Notes: generated by a model from the sequence alone, not told the origin. Positions 1-11,396 are shown, counted from the stretch's first letter. The stretch is DNA of 37,121 bases from Nemertoderma westbladi (GCA_032718475.1 JAUCBJ010006684.1:1-37121); one strand, 5' to 3'. A program made the numbers and translations.

Positions 1-46
1 AATATAAAATAATAGAGTCACACGCCCACTCCGAACGATATTAAGA

Positions 47-3000
47 CTTGAGATACAACCTGGTACTGTTGTACACGCGCACATTATCCTATTAGCTTGA
101 GATACAACCTGGTACTGTTGTACACGCGCACATTATCCTATTAGCTTGAGATACAACCTGGTACTGTTGTACACGCGCACATTATCCTATTAGCTTGAGA
201 TACAACCTGGTACTGTTGTACACGCGCACATTATCCTATTAGCTTGAGATACAACCTGGTACTGTTGTACACGCTCATATTATCCTATTAGCTTGAGATA
301 CAACCTGGTACTGTTTTACACGCGCACATTATCCTATTAGCTTGAGATACAACCTGGTACTGTTGTACACGCGCATATTATCCTATTAGCTTGAGATACA
401 ACCTGGTACTGTTGTACACGCGCACATTATCATATTAGCTTGAGATACAACCTGGTACTGTTGTACACGCTCATATTATCCTATTAGCTTGAGATACAAC
501 CTGGTACTGTTGTACACGCGCATATTATCCTATTAGCTTGAGATACAACCTGGTACTGTTGTACACGCGCACATTATCATATTAGCTTGAGATACAACCT
601 GGTACTGTTGTACACGCTCATATTATCCTATTAGGTTGAGATACAACCTGGTACTGTTGTACACGCGCACATTATCCTATTAGCTTGAAATACAACCTGG
701 TACTGTTGTACACGCGCATATTATCCTATTAGCTTGAGATACAACCTGGTACTGTTGTACACGCGCACATTATTATATTAGCTTGAGATACAACCTGGTA
801 TTGTTGTACACGCGCACATTATCATATTAGCTTGAGATACAACCTGGTACTGTTGTACACGCTCATATTATCCTATTAGCTTGAGATACAACCTGGTACT
901 GTTGTACACGCGCACATTATCCTATTAGCTTGAGATACAACCTGGTACTGTTGTACACGCGCATATTATCCTATTAGCTTGAGATACAACCTGGTACTGT
1001 TGTACACGCGCACATTATCATATTAGCTTGAGATACAACCTGGTACTGTTGTACACGCGCACATTATCCTATTAGCTTGAGATACAACCTGGTACTGTTG
1101 TACACGCGCACATTATCATATTAGCTTGAGATACAACCTGGTACTGTTGTACACGCGCACATTATCCTATTAGCTTGAGATACAACCTGGTACTGTTGTA
1201 CACGCGCACATTATCCTATTAGCTTGAGATACAACCTGGTACTGTTGTACACGCGCATATTATCCTATTAGCTTGAGATACAACCTGGTACTGTTGTACA
1301 CGCGCACATTATCATATTAGCTTGAGATACAACCTGGTACTGTTGTACACGCTCATATTATCCTATTAGCTTGAGATACAACCTGGTACTGTTGTACACG
1401 CGCATATTATCCTATTAGCTTGAGATACAACCTGGTACTGTTGTACACGCGCACATTATCATATTAGCTTGAGATACAACCTGGTACTGTTGTACACGCT
1501 CATATTATCCTATTAGCTTGAGATACAACCTGGTACTGTTGTACACGCGCACATTATCCTATTAGCTTGAGATACAACCTGGTACTGTTGTACACGCTCA
1601 TATTATCCTATTAGCTTGAGATACAACCTGGTACTGTTGTACACGCGCATATTATCCTATTAGCTTGAGATACAACCTGGTACTGTTGTACACGCGCACA
1701 TTATCCTATTAGCTTGAGATACAACCTGGTACTGTTGTACACGCTCATATTATCCTATTAGCTTGAGATACAACCTGGTACTGTTGTACACGCGCACATT
1801 ATCCTATTAGCTTGAGATACAACCTGGTACTGTTGTAAACGCTCATATTATGATATTAGCTTGAGATACAATCTGGTACTGTTGTACACGCGCACATTAT
1901 CCTATTAGCTTGAGATACAACCTGGTACTGTTGTACACGCGCACATTATCCTATTAGCTTGAGATACAACCTGGTACTGTTGTACACGCGCTCATTATCC
2001 TATTAGCTCGAGATACAACCTGGTACTGTTGTACACGCTCACATTATCCTATTAGCTTGAGATACAACCTGGTACTGTTGTACACGCGCACATTATCCTA
2101 TTAGCTTGAGATACAACCTGGTACTGTTGTACACGCGCACATTATCCTATTAGCTTGAGATACAACCTGGTACTGTTGTACACGCGCACATTATCCTATT
2201 AGCTTGAGATACAACCTGGTACTGTTGTACACGCGCACATTATCCTATTAGCTTGAGATACAACCTGGTACTGTTGTAAACACTCATATTATGATATTAG
2301 CTTGAGATACAACCTGGTACTGTTGTACACGCGCACATTATCCTATTAGCTTGAGATACAACCTGGTACTGTTGTACACGCGCACATTATCCTATTAGCT
2401 TGAGATACAACCTGGTACTGTTGTACACGCGCACATTATCCTATTAGCTTGAGATACAACCTGGTACTGTTGTACACGCGCACATTATCCTATTAGCTTG
2501 AGATACAACCTGGTACTGTTGTACACGCGCACATTATCATATTAGCTTGAGATACAACCTGGTACTGTTGTACACGCTCATATTATCCTATTAGCTTGAG
2601 ATACAACCTGGTACTGTTGTACACGCGCATATTATCCTATTAGCTTGAGATACAACCTGGTACTGTTGTACACGCGCACATTATCCTATTAGCTTGAGAT
2701 ACAACCTGGTACTGTTTTAAACGCTCATATTATCCTATTAGCTTGAGATACAACCTGGTACTGTTGTACACGCGCACATTATCCTATTAGCTTGAGATAC
2801 AACCTGGTACTGTTGTAAACGCTCATATTATGATATTAGCTTGAGATACAACCTGGTACTGTTGTACACGCGCACATTATCCTATTAGCTTGAAATACAA
2901 CCTGGTACTGTTGTACACGCGCACATTATCCTATTAGCTTGAGATACAACCTGGTACTGTTGTACACGCGCACATTATCCTATTAGCTCGAGATACAACC

Positions 3001-5210
3001 TGGTACTGTTGTACACGCTCACATTATCCTATTAGCTTGAGATACAACCTGGTACTGTTGTACACGCGCACATTATCCTATTAGCTTGAGATACAACCTG
3101 GTACTGTTGTACACGCGCACATTATCCTATTAGCTTGAGATACAACCTGGTACTGTTGTACACGCGCACATTATCCTATTAGCTTGAGATACAACCTGGT
3201 ACTGTTGTACACGCGCACATTATCCTATTAGCTTGAGATACAACCTGGTACTGTTGTACACGCGCACATTATCCTATTAGCTTGAGATACAACCTGGTAC
3301 TGTTGTACACGCTCATATTATCCTATTAGCTTGAGATACAACCTGGTACTGTTTTACACGCGCACATTATCCTATTAGCTTGAGATACAACCTGGTACTG
3401 TTGTACACGCGCATATTATCCTATTAGCTTGAGATACAACCTGGTACTGTTGTACACGCGCACATTATCATATTAGCTTGAGATACAACCCGGTACTGTT
3501 GTACACGCTCATATTATCCTATTAGCTTGAGATACAACCTGGTACTGTTGTACACGCGCATATTATCCTATTAGCTTGAGATACAACCTGGTACTGTTGT
3601 ACACGCGCACATTATCATATTAGCTTGAGATACAACCTGGTACTGTTGTACACGCTCATATTATCCTATTAGGTTGAGATACAACCTGGTACTGTTGTAC
3701 ACGCGCACATTATCCTATTAGCTTGAGATACAACCTGGTACTGTTGTACACGCGCATATTATCCTATTAGCTTGAGATACAACCTGGTACTGTTGTACAC
3801 GCGCACATTATTATATTAGCTTGAGATACAACCTGGTATTGTTGTACACGCGCACATTATCATATTAGCTTGAGATACAACCTGGTACTGTTGTACACGC
3901 TCATATTATCCTATTAGCTTGAGATACAACCTGGTACTGTTGTACACGCGCACATTATCCTATTAGCTTGAGATACAACCTGGTACTGTTGTACACGCGC
4001 ATATTATCCTATTAGCTTGAGATACAACCTGGTACTGTTGTACACGCGCACATTATCATATTAGCTTGAGATACAACCTGGTACTGTTGTACACGCGCAC
4101 ATTATCCTATTAGCTTGAGATACAACCTGGTACTGTTGTACACGCGCACATTATCATATTAGCTTGAGATACAACCTGGTACTGTTGTACACGCGCACAT
4201 TATCCTATTAGCTTGAGATACAACCTGGTACTGTTGTACACGCGCACATTATCCTATTAGCTTGAGATACAACCTGGTACTGTTGTACACGCGCATATTA
4301 TCCTATTAGCTTGAGATACAACCTGGTACTGTTGTACACGCGCACATTATCATATTAGCTTGAGATACAACCTGGTACTGTTGTACACGCTCATATTATC
4401 CTATTAGCTTGAGATACAACCTGGTACTGTTGTACACGCGCATATTATCCTATTAGCTTGAGATACAACCTGGTACTGTTGTACACGCGCACATTATCAT
4501 ATTAGCTTGAGATACAACCTGGTACTGTTGTACACGCTCATATTATCCTATTAGCTTGAGATACAACCTGGTACTGTTGTACACGCGCACATTATCCTAT
4601 TAGCTTGAGATACAACCTGGTACTGTTGTACACGCGCACATTATCCTATTAGCTTGAGATACAACCTGGTACTGTTGTACACGCGCACATTATCCTATTA
4701 GCTTGAGATACAACCTGGTACTGTTGTACACGCGCACATTATCCTATTAGCTTGAGATACAACCTGGTACTGTTGTACACGCGCACATTATCCTATTAGC
4801 TTGAGATACAACCTGGTACTGTTGTAAACGCTCATATTATCCTATTAGCTTGAGATACAACCTGGTACTGTTGTACACGCGCACATTATCCTATTAGCTT
4901 GAGATACAACCTGGTACTGTTGTAAACGCTCATATTATGATATTAGCTTGAGATACAACCTGGTACTGTTGTACACGCGCACATTATCCTATTAGCTTGA
5001 GATACAACCTGGTACTGTTGTACACGCGCTCATTATCCTATTAGCTCGAGATACAACCTGGTACTGTTGTACACGCTCACATTATCATATTAGCTTGAGA
5101 TACAACCTGGTACTGTTGTACACGCGCACATTATCCTATTAGCTTGAGATACAACCTGGTACTGTTGTACACGCGCACATTATCCTATTAACTTGAGATA
5201 CAACCTGGTA
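47..5210. repeat. 49-bp tandem satellite, about 105 copies; consensus CTTGAGATACAACCTGGTACTGTTGTACACGCGCACATTATCCTATTAG
   Basis: Head-to-tail 49-bp period is directly visible. Variants are mostly GCGCAC/GCTCAT/GCGCAT and TCCT/TCAT/TGAT. No unique spacers and no ORF. Confidence 0.99.
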
Positions 5211-5542
5211 TTATTATTATACTCGCGCACATAAGCGCAAACCAGGCTAGCTGGCATTTATTAGTAAAATTGTGACGATTATACAATTATGCCGATTACA
5301 CTATTATAAAATCATAGTAAACGAACAGGATCAACATCACTACTAAATTATTAAATAAAATATAAGTCAATAGTTGGCTAAAAATAAAGCTTAAAAATGG
5401 CACCAGTGATTATACAATCAATGTTGGGTAGGGTTAGTATAGCATAGGGACGACACGTTATAATTAACATTAATCAAATCGATATAGTTATATATAAGTA
5501 TGTATACGGTTCGAATTAAGAGTATGCAATAAAGGAACAAAC

Positions 5543-8500
5543 TTAAAATCCGTAAAATTGTAGTATTCTATTATGTTTAGTTTTAAAAGTTACTCCGTGC
5601 AGATCGTAGCAATTCTTTACAAAATTAGCACAGATTATGTCGTCAAGCGAGCTATTGCCAGTTTGAAGTCCTGTCAAAAGTGCACGTTTGTCATATTCAC
5701 ATGTTAGTATAGACCACATGGAAGGGATTTGGTGAGTTTCCTTTGCTCGTCTGTAGGTGCTCATAAGGCCCCTGTATAACGTGCGGGATATCGCATTATC
5801 CAAAGCAATGTACCGGAAGCTAGTTTGTAAGGTGAATATAGGGCATCTAAGTATTTGCAATAATGTTGACACGGCGCCACGATAGGCCATGGTGCTGAGA
5901 GGCAAAATATTCAGGAGTTCGTATAATGTGTCGTTGTTTATATATACTCCAACATGCAGAAGTCGGCGTAGAGCCTGTCTATATGCTGAATCGATACGAG
6001 ATATGTCATTCTTGCTCAGGTTACCAATCGTATACTTCAGCTTGTATGTCAAGCTTGGGATTACAAGTGACTTCCAGAGATATGATAATGTTTCGGTATC
6101 TAACCATTGCGATGTCCACCCTTTCTGTTGAAAAATTCCTCCCATTTTCCATATATGCTGAGTGCACTCTGCGGCAGCGTGTGCGCTAGTTTTGTTGGAA
6201 GAAAGAGTGTAGCCCAGGAACTCGATTGTCTGACTTTCCGGTATTAGCTGCCCATTAATATTGAGGAAACACGGTATGTAAGTGTTGTTGTTAGCTTCGC
6301 TCTACATCCAGTGACATTTAGACGGCTCGAACATTAGTTGTAACTTATCGAGCCCCATGTTCAGTATATTTGACATGAGTTCTATTTCCTGTATTGTAGT
6401 GGCTAAAAGAAAAACATCATCAGCATACATTATGCAGCCGAACCAGATATCGTTGATCATGCACCCCAGTCCGGATTCAGTTAGCGACTGCATGACGCTG
6501 ATGGTGTAAAGATTAAATAAGCATGGTGACAGTAATGATCCTTGCATGATCCCTCTAGGCATATTTATGCCAACCACATCTATCAGATTTCCAAACTTGA
6601 GGTACACCATGGCGATGCTGTAATAATGAACCAGTAGACGGCAAATGAATGGGTTTATAATTCCTGATAACTTCTCGAAGAGAACTGCGTGGTCAACTTC
6701 GTCAAAAGCGGATTTGATATCAAGTTGGCACATATACAGACCTGATCCTAGTTCACTAAAGTGTTGTATACATTCCAGTATCAAACCGATGGCAGCCTCG
6801 CATCCCACATGTTCTTTATATGCTAACTGATAGTCGTTTCTTGGAAGGATATTCTCAAGGAAGCCCTTGTATATTATACGCTCGAGTACCTTTGCTAATA
6901 GGCATATGCTGGCAATCGGTCTATAAGAGTTAGTTCTCATGGGATCCTTCCTCTTCCCTTTGAATAGACTTGTTATGATAGTTGCTCCAAAAACATCGGG
7001 CACCATGCCAATACGTATACTTGCATTGTACATATTTGCTAACAGGTGACACATAGTCTCGGGGTTGGCGGATAAAAGGTGCTCCACTGTTATAGAATTG
7101 AGGTCTGGCGACTTCCCTACCGATAACGATAGAATAGATTTCCTTATAGTTTCTTCAGATATGGTAGGCATAGTAGTATTCTTGCATTGTCTGTCCAAAT
7201 TATCGGTGATATTGGTAGTACTAGTAACGTTTCTTGTGATTCTGTCCCTATATGACTGACGTATTTGTTCCTGAATCTGAGTTGGTGGTGTACTTGAAGT
7301 TCCCTTGTTTGAAAATTTACGCCAGAAACCCTTTGGGTTGCACTTCAGCTTGTGAGTTACTTCACCGACCGATCTTGCAACGTGTGTCTTCATAAGTGCA
7401 TTTTTTAGTTGTCGTACTCCGCGTTTGGACTGTTTGAAGGCGATCCCCACCTCATCGTTAGGATCTTTCCCATTATTGACCCATAGGTTGTACAGGCTGC
7501 GGGTGGTTCGGCATCGCTCCGAAAGAGTAGCTGAGCGTATTCTATAATTTTTGGTTGTCCTTTTCTTTTTTATTACATTAATAGATTCAAGTGCTGATTT
7601 GTGTAACGCAGAGTTAATGTTGTTGGCAAGAGTATTGAGGTCGTCTATGGTGTCGATAGCGAGTAATGCCATCCCCTCAAGGTGATTATCTAAGGTTCGA
7701 TAGTACTGGTCTTTCTGTTTTTTGGATGCGCTTCTCCAGTTAAATCGTATAGGCGTCTGTTTTGTAGCAGTTTGTTCCACCAACCCTTCCTTTGCAACGT
7801 CACAGTTGATTGAAATCACGATTGGTAGATGATCAGAAAAATTTTCTGCTTCGTCATGTTCTATGATGTATCCCCCTATGACTTTAAATGGACCATTGAT
7901 AGGCATCACAATGTGGTCGATATAACTCCGATGACCACCCCCAATATAAGTATATGCTGGTCCTGCCACGTTGTCAAGTGTGTCTATAGCTGTAAGATTG
8001 TGGTTGAGTAGGAAGTTGTTCAGAATGAGACCGCGGTCTGTTGCATTGGGTCTGTGAAATCGTGGTCCTTGTTCAGACCCTAAGTCCGCGTTAGCATCCA
8101 TCATAATGATAGGGATTGCCACTGGGTACATGGCGATTAAAGCAGTAAGGCGACCAAGATGCTCATTATAACTTTGAATGTTTTTGTTAGAGTCTGGAGC
8201 ATAGCCTGAAAGTAGAAGAACGCGAACATTGCCAGTGTCACCAATTATTCCAACAATGTCGTCCCCAGAAGCGACTTTGGCCCAGTTACATACTTTACCT
8301 CTGCGGAATGCCAAGGCTACCCCTCCAGCGCCTCTAACCCTATTAGGGTTATTCATTAAATCGCTGGTGGAGTATACGAGCTCGAAGTTTTCATTGAATG
8401 ATTTCTTAGCTACATGATCAAGCTCTATAGCATCCATCCAGTGCTCCTGAATTCCAATGACATCGCATACTTCAAGCAGTTTGTATATCTGATCGATGCT

Positions 8501-8713
8501 ACTCGAGTACCCGTGGCAGTTAAAGGATCCTAATGTAAGTCTTACTTTAGAAGATTTATAATCCGTGTTGCTAGTACCAGTGTTCTTATTCGCTGCAGAG
8601 TCCACCTTTGGAGATGGAATGTCCTTTGGAGATGTCTTGGCTTGATGTTCTGTGAGGGTGGGGCCAGTGCAGTTTTCTGTATATTTGGTTATTTTGGTAT
8701 TTGCGACTGGCAT
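5543..8713 (-). CDS. LINE ORF2 (APE endonuclease + reverse transcriptase), about 1056 codons, interrupted by one in-frame TAG at 6302-6304
   Basis: APE motifs GSFNCHG, IGIQEHW, GGVA, MDANAD, YIDH, SDHLPI. RT motifs SYRPIA, LDIKSAFD, QGSLLSP, YADD. After the TAG the same frame continues for 52 codons (SEANNNTYIPCFLNINGQLIPESQTIEFLGY...) into the 5543..6145 ORF, which has LINE C-terminal features (LWKSLVIPSLTY, YRQALRRLL). Confidence 0.93.
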
Positions 8714-8729
8714 ATCCTTGAATCCATTG

Positions 8730-10076
8730 TTAAAAATGAGACCTGTTAAGTGGATTCCTCGTCAGATAGTAATCCTGTGCGATTTGGTAGTGTTTCATGT
8801 AATCTCGCTTGTGTTGTCTTGTGTCTGCTTTGGAGTTTTCCTGCCTGTTAAGATCATGCGTGATTGCACTGTAGCATCTCAAGTCACTTGGTGCTCTGTA
8901 GTTATGTTTTCTTGATTTCTCATGAAAACTACGGGAGTGATCATCTATAGAAGATTCTTTGGAGGCATCTGGGGAGCTATGCTGTTCCTTATGGTTTAGT
9001 GCAGAACTGTTGTCAGATTGCTTTCTTGAACGTCGTCCTTGCCAGTCATTAGTTGCATGTCTATCTGGGTTTGTGACCCATTCTTTACATACAATCCCAG
9101 AAGGCCAGAATGCATTGTGCATAAGAGTATCTTTAAGGTTAGCGTCAGTAGTAAGGCGAACGCTTTTCCCATCTCCATGTAGGCGAGTTGTGATTCGATG
9201 CACAGCAATTTTCCTTTCGATAAGGAAGTTTACTACATCATCCTCGGTGTTGTTCTTATTAATGCCAGAAATAAAGAGTTGTACTCTGAGGCGTGATTCG
9301 GCGCACATCAATGGAACTCCACATCTTTCAGAATTGATTAAGTTGTCCTCTCCCTTGCAATTATTTCCCGAGTTCACTGCAATTCTTTTGGTAATCCTCT
9401 TTGGTTGATGTTGAACGACATGCTGTTGCTGCTTATCTTTACGGACAGTAGTGTGTCTGCTGGTAGTGTCTGACATTGTGTTATCGGTATCGAAATTACT
9501 TAGTAGGTGATAAGGGTTGGGGCCAATGATTGTACCGCCCATGTCCCTTTGCCGTGGCGGTTGTTTTGCTACATGTTTGTTCCTCGGCATACTGAATGAA
9601 GTACTATAATCCTTCGATTGCTGGCTACTGCGCTCATCCTGGAATTTTACTTCATGTAAAGTTGATTCGGGTGAAGAAAAAGTTCCTGGTAAGTCGTCAT
9701 CATCATTAATTGAGTCTATTATCAGCCAGTCGGATTCCGTATCATTACTTGGGGTCAGGGTGCATTGCGTGCCTATGGCAGAGTTGCCCTGTTTCCTGGT
9801 TGAAATGATATTCCGAAACTTTTCCTCCAGTACAATCCGGGAGTTACGCTCATGATTTAAATCTTGTTCTATTGTCTTATTTTGCTCTTTTAGTTTGTCG
9901 TTATTGGTTTCGAGTAGGCAGATGCGTGATTGTAGGGATGCGATAGCAGTTATGAAGTCATTTCTCAGAAGCCGTATGTTGTCCTGTTCATTTTTGTCCA
10001 GTTTGATATTATCTGTTGTATACATCCTCTTGCGGCATTGGTTTGAAAGGACCTTTTCTCGAATAGCTAAGAGCAT
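8730..10076 (-). CDS. LINE ORF1-like protein (coiled coil + RRM-like domain)
   Basis: 448-aa ORF directly upstream of ORF2. Heptad-rich segment (IASLQSRICLLETNNDKLKEQNKTIEQDL) and RRM-like LFISGINKNNTEDDVVNFL...FWPSGIVCKEW, as in invertebrate LINE ORF1s. The frame stays open upstream of the Met to about 10220. Confidence 0.8.
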   Translation of the reverse strand: MLLAIREKVLSNQCRKRMYTTDNIKLDKNEQDNIRLLRNDFITAIASLQSRICLLETNNDKLKEQNKTIEQDLNHERNSRIVLEEKFRNIISTRKQGNSAIGTQCTLTPSNDTESDWLIIDSINDDDDLPGTFSSPESTLHEVKFQDERSSQQSKDYSTSFSMPRNKHVAKQPPRQRDMGGTIIGPNPYHLLSNFDTDNTMSDTTSRHTTVRKDKQQQHVVQHQPKRITKRIAVNSGNNCKGEDNLINSERCGVPLMCAESRLRVQLFISGINKNNTEDDVVNFLIERKIAVHRITTRLHGDGKSVRLTTDANLKDTLMHNAFWPSGIVCKEWVTNPDRHATNDWQGRRSRKQSDNSSALNHKEQHSSPDASKESSIDDHSRSFHEKSRKHNYRAPSDLRCYSAITHDLNRQENSKADTRQHKRDYMKHYQIAQDYYLTRNPLNRSHF

Positions 10077-10093
10077 CTCATATACATCAGTGG

Positions 10094-10813
10094 CTAACTC
10101 CCTATGAGAGTTCCGTGGATAGAGCTGTAGTGACAGCTGCTGTCGTCCCAGATCATCGTCAGGTCGGGGGGTTCGTCCCGGATCATCCTCGGGTTGGCAA
10201 GTTCGTCCCGGATCATCCTCGGTTCAGAAGGTTTGTCCCGGATCATCGTCGGGTCGACAGGCTCGTCCCGGATCGACGTCGGGTCGGCAAGTACATCCCG
10301 GATAATCCTCGGTTCAGAAGGTTTGTCCCGGATCATCATCTGGTCGACAGGTTCGTCCCGGATCATCGTCAGGTCGGGGGGTTCGTCCCGGATCATCCTC
10401 GGGTTGGCAAGTTCGTCCCGGATCATCCTCGGTTCAGAAGGTTTGTCCCGGATCATCGTCGGGTCGACAGACTCATCCCGGATAATCGTCGGGTCGGAAA
10501 GTTCGTCCCGGATCATCCTCGGTTCAGAAGGTTTGTCCCGGATCATCGTCGGGTGGACAGGCTCATCCCGGATCATCGTCGGGTTGGCAAGTTCGTCCCG
10601 GATCATCGTCGGGTCGGGGGGTTCGTCCCAGATCATCCTCGGGTCTGCCAGTTCGTCCCGGATTGCTAAACTCCTCTCAGTGTGCCTTGAGACACTGCGC
10701 ATTACGCGCTCAGCACGGATTAGTAGTTCGCTGCGACTTCCCATTGTGGAGACGTGGTGTGCGGCCAACATCTTTTTAAGACGCACCGTTGTCAGCTTCC
10801 TAACGTTCTCCAT
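10094..10813 (-). CDS. Extra ORF0 of the retroelement: N-terminal SAP-like motif followed by about 17 ten-residue IRDExxDPxM repeats
   Basis: KLTTVRLKKMLAAHHVSTMGSRSELLIRAE fits the SAP consensus spacing (L+vxeLkxxLxxxglxxxGxKxeL+xRl). The repeats are encoded by a 30-bp tandem array. Confidence 0.6.
   Translation of the reverse strand: MENVRKLTTVRLKKMLAAHHVSTMGSRSELLIRAERVMRSVSRHTERSLAIRDELADPRMIWDEPPDPTMIRDELANPTMIRDEPVHPTMIRDKPSEPRMIRDELSDPTIIRDESVDPTMIRDKPSEPRMIRDELANPRMIRDEPPDLTMIRDEPVDQMMIRDKPSEPRIIRDVLADPTSIRDEPVDPTMIRDKPSEPRMIRDELANPRMIRDEPPDLTMIWDDSSCHYSSIHGTLIGS
10143..10663. repeat. 30-bp coding minisatellite, about 17 copies, with partial 90/120-bp higher-order periodicity
   Basis: Recurrent GTCCCGGATCATC core every 30 bp. 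Blocks such as ELANPRM-EPPDLTM-EPVD-KPSEPR recur. Confidence 0.95.
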
Positions 10814-11081
10814 GATAAACCATGCGAGTATGGTACGGTGCCGGTAGGCCTAAGGTACCCGGTAGTTACTGTACTGTTGGGAATCACCGGCCCTGGTGTC
10901 TTCACCATATATCTGGGTGTAGACGGCTCTGTTCTACACCCCCAGGGTCAGCTACCAACCACAATCCAGCAGTGGGTAGGTAACGGTATTATCAAAACAC
11001 AGTCAGACAGTGCTGAATTTCAGTTGTTTGGTTTCAGAGTTTAGTATGCTGTAGGCCTACTGCTTTTATGTAATAATAATA

Positions 11082-11396
11082 TGTTGTACACGCTCATATT
11101 ATCCTATTAGCTTGAGATACAACCTGGTACTGTTGTACACGCTCATATTATCCTATTAGCTTGAGATACAACCTGGTACTGTTGTACACGCGCATATTAT
11201 CCTATTAGCTTGAGATACAACCTGGTACTGTTGTACACGCGCACATTATCATATTAGCTTGAGATACAACCTGGTACTGTTGTAAACGCTCATATTATCC
11301 TATTAGCTTGAGATACAACCTGGTACTGTTGTACACGCTCATATTATCCTATTAGCTTGAGATACAACCTGGTACTGTTGTACACGCGCATATTAT
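11082..11396. repeat. Second block of the same 49-bp satellite, about 6.4 copies
   Basis: Same monomer and orientation as 47-5210. Shares the rare GTAAACGCTCAT variant (about 11283 vs about 4825). Confidence 0.98.

Larger units (their letters stand above)
5211..11081 (-). mobile_element. Apparently full-length APE-type non-LTR retrotransposon (LINE; RTE-X/L2-like, clade not certain) inserted in the 49-bp satellite
   Basis: Minus-strand ORF0-ORF1-ORF2 with APE endonuclease and RT motifs. Short (TAA)n 3' tail on the minus strand at 5209-5221. Satellite monomers on both sides in the same orientation. Confidence 0.92.

Noticed and set aside
47-5210. CRISPR array
   Set aside because: No unique spacers (pure tandem 49-mers), no cas genes, eukaryotic context.
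47-5210. Telomeric terminal array
   Set aside because: Non-repeat sequence lies at 1-46 and after 11396, so the array is interstitial in this assembly.
10115-10847. Plus-strand ORFs 10115..10669 and 10194..10847
   Set aside because: Antisense shadows of the 30-bp repeat; no independent evidence.
47-11396. LTR retrotransposon with the arrays as LTRs
   Set aside because: The flanks are unequal tandem arrays, and the enzyme is APE-RT with no protease, RNase H or integrase.
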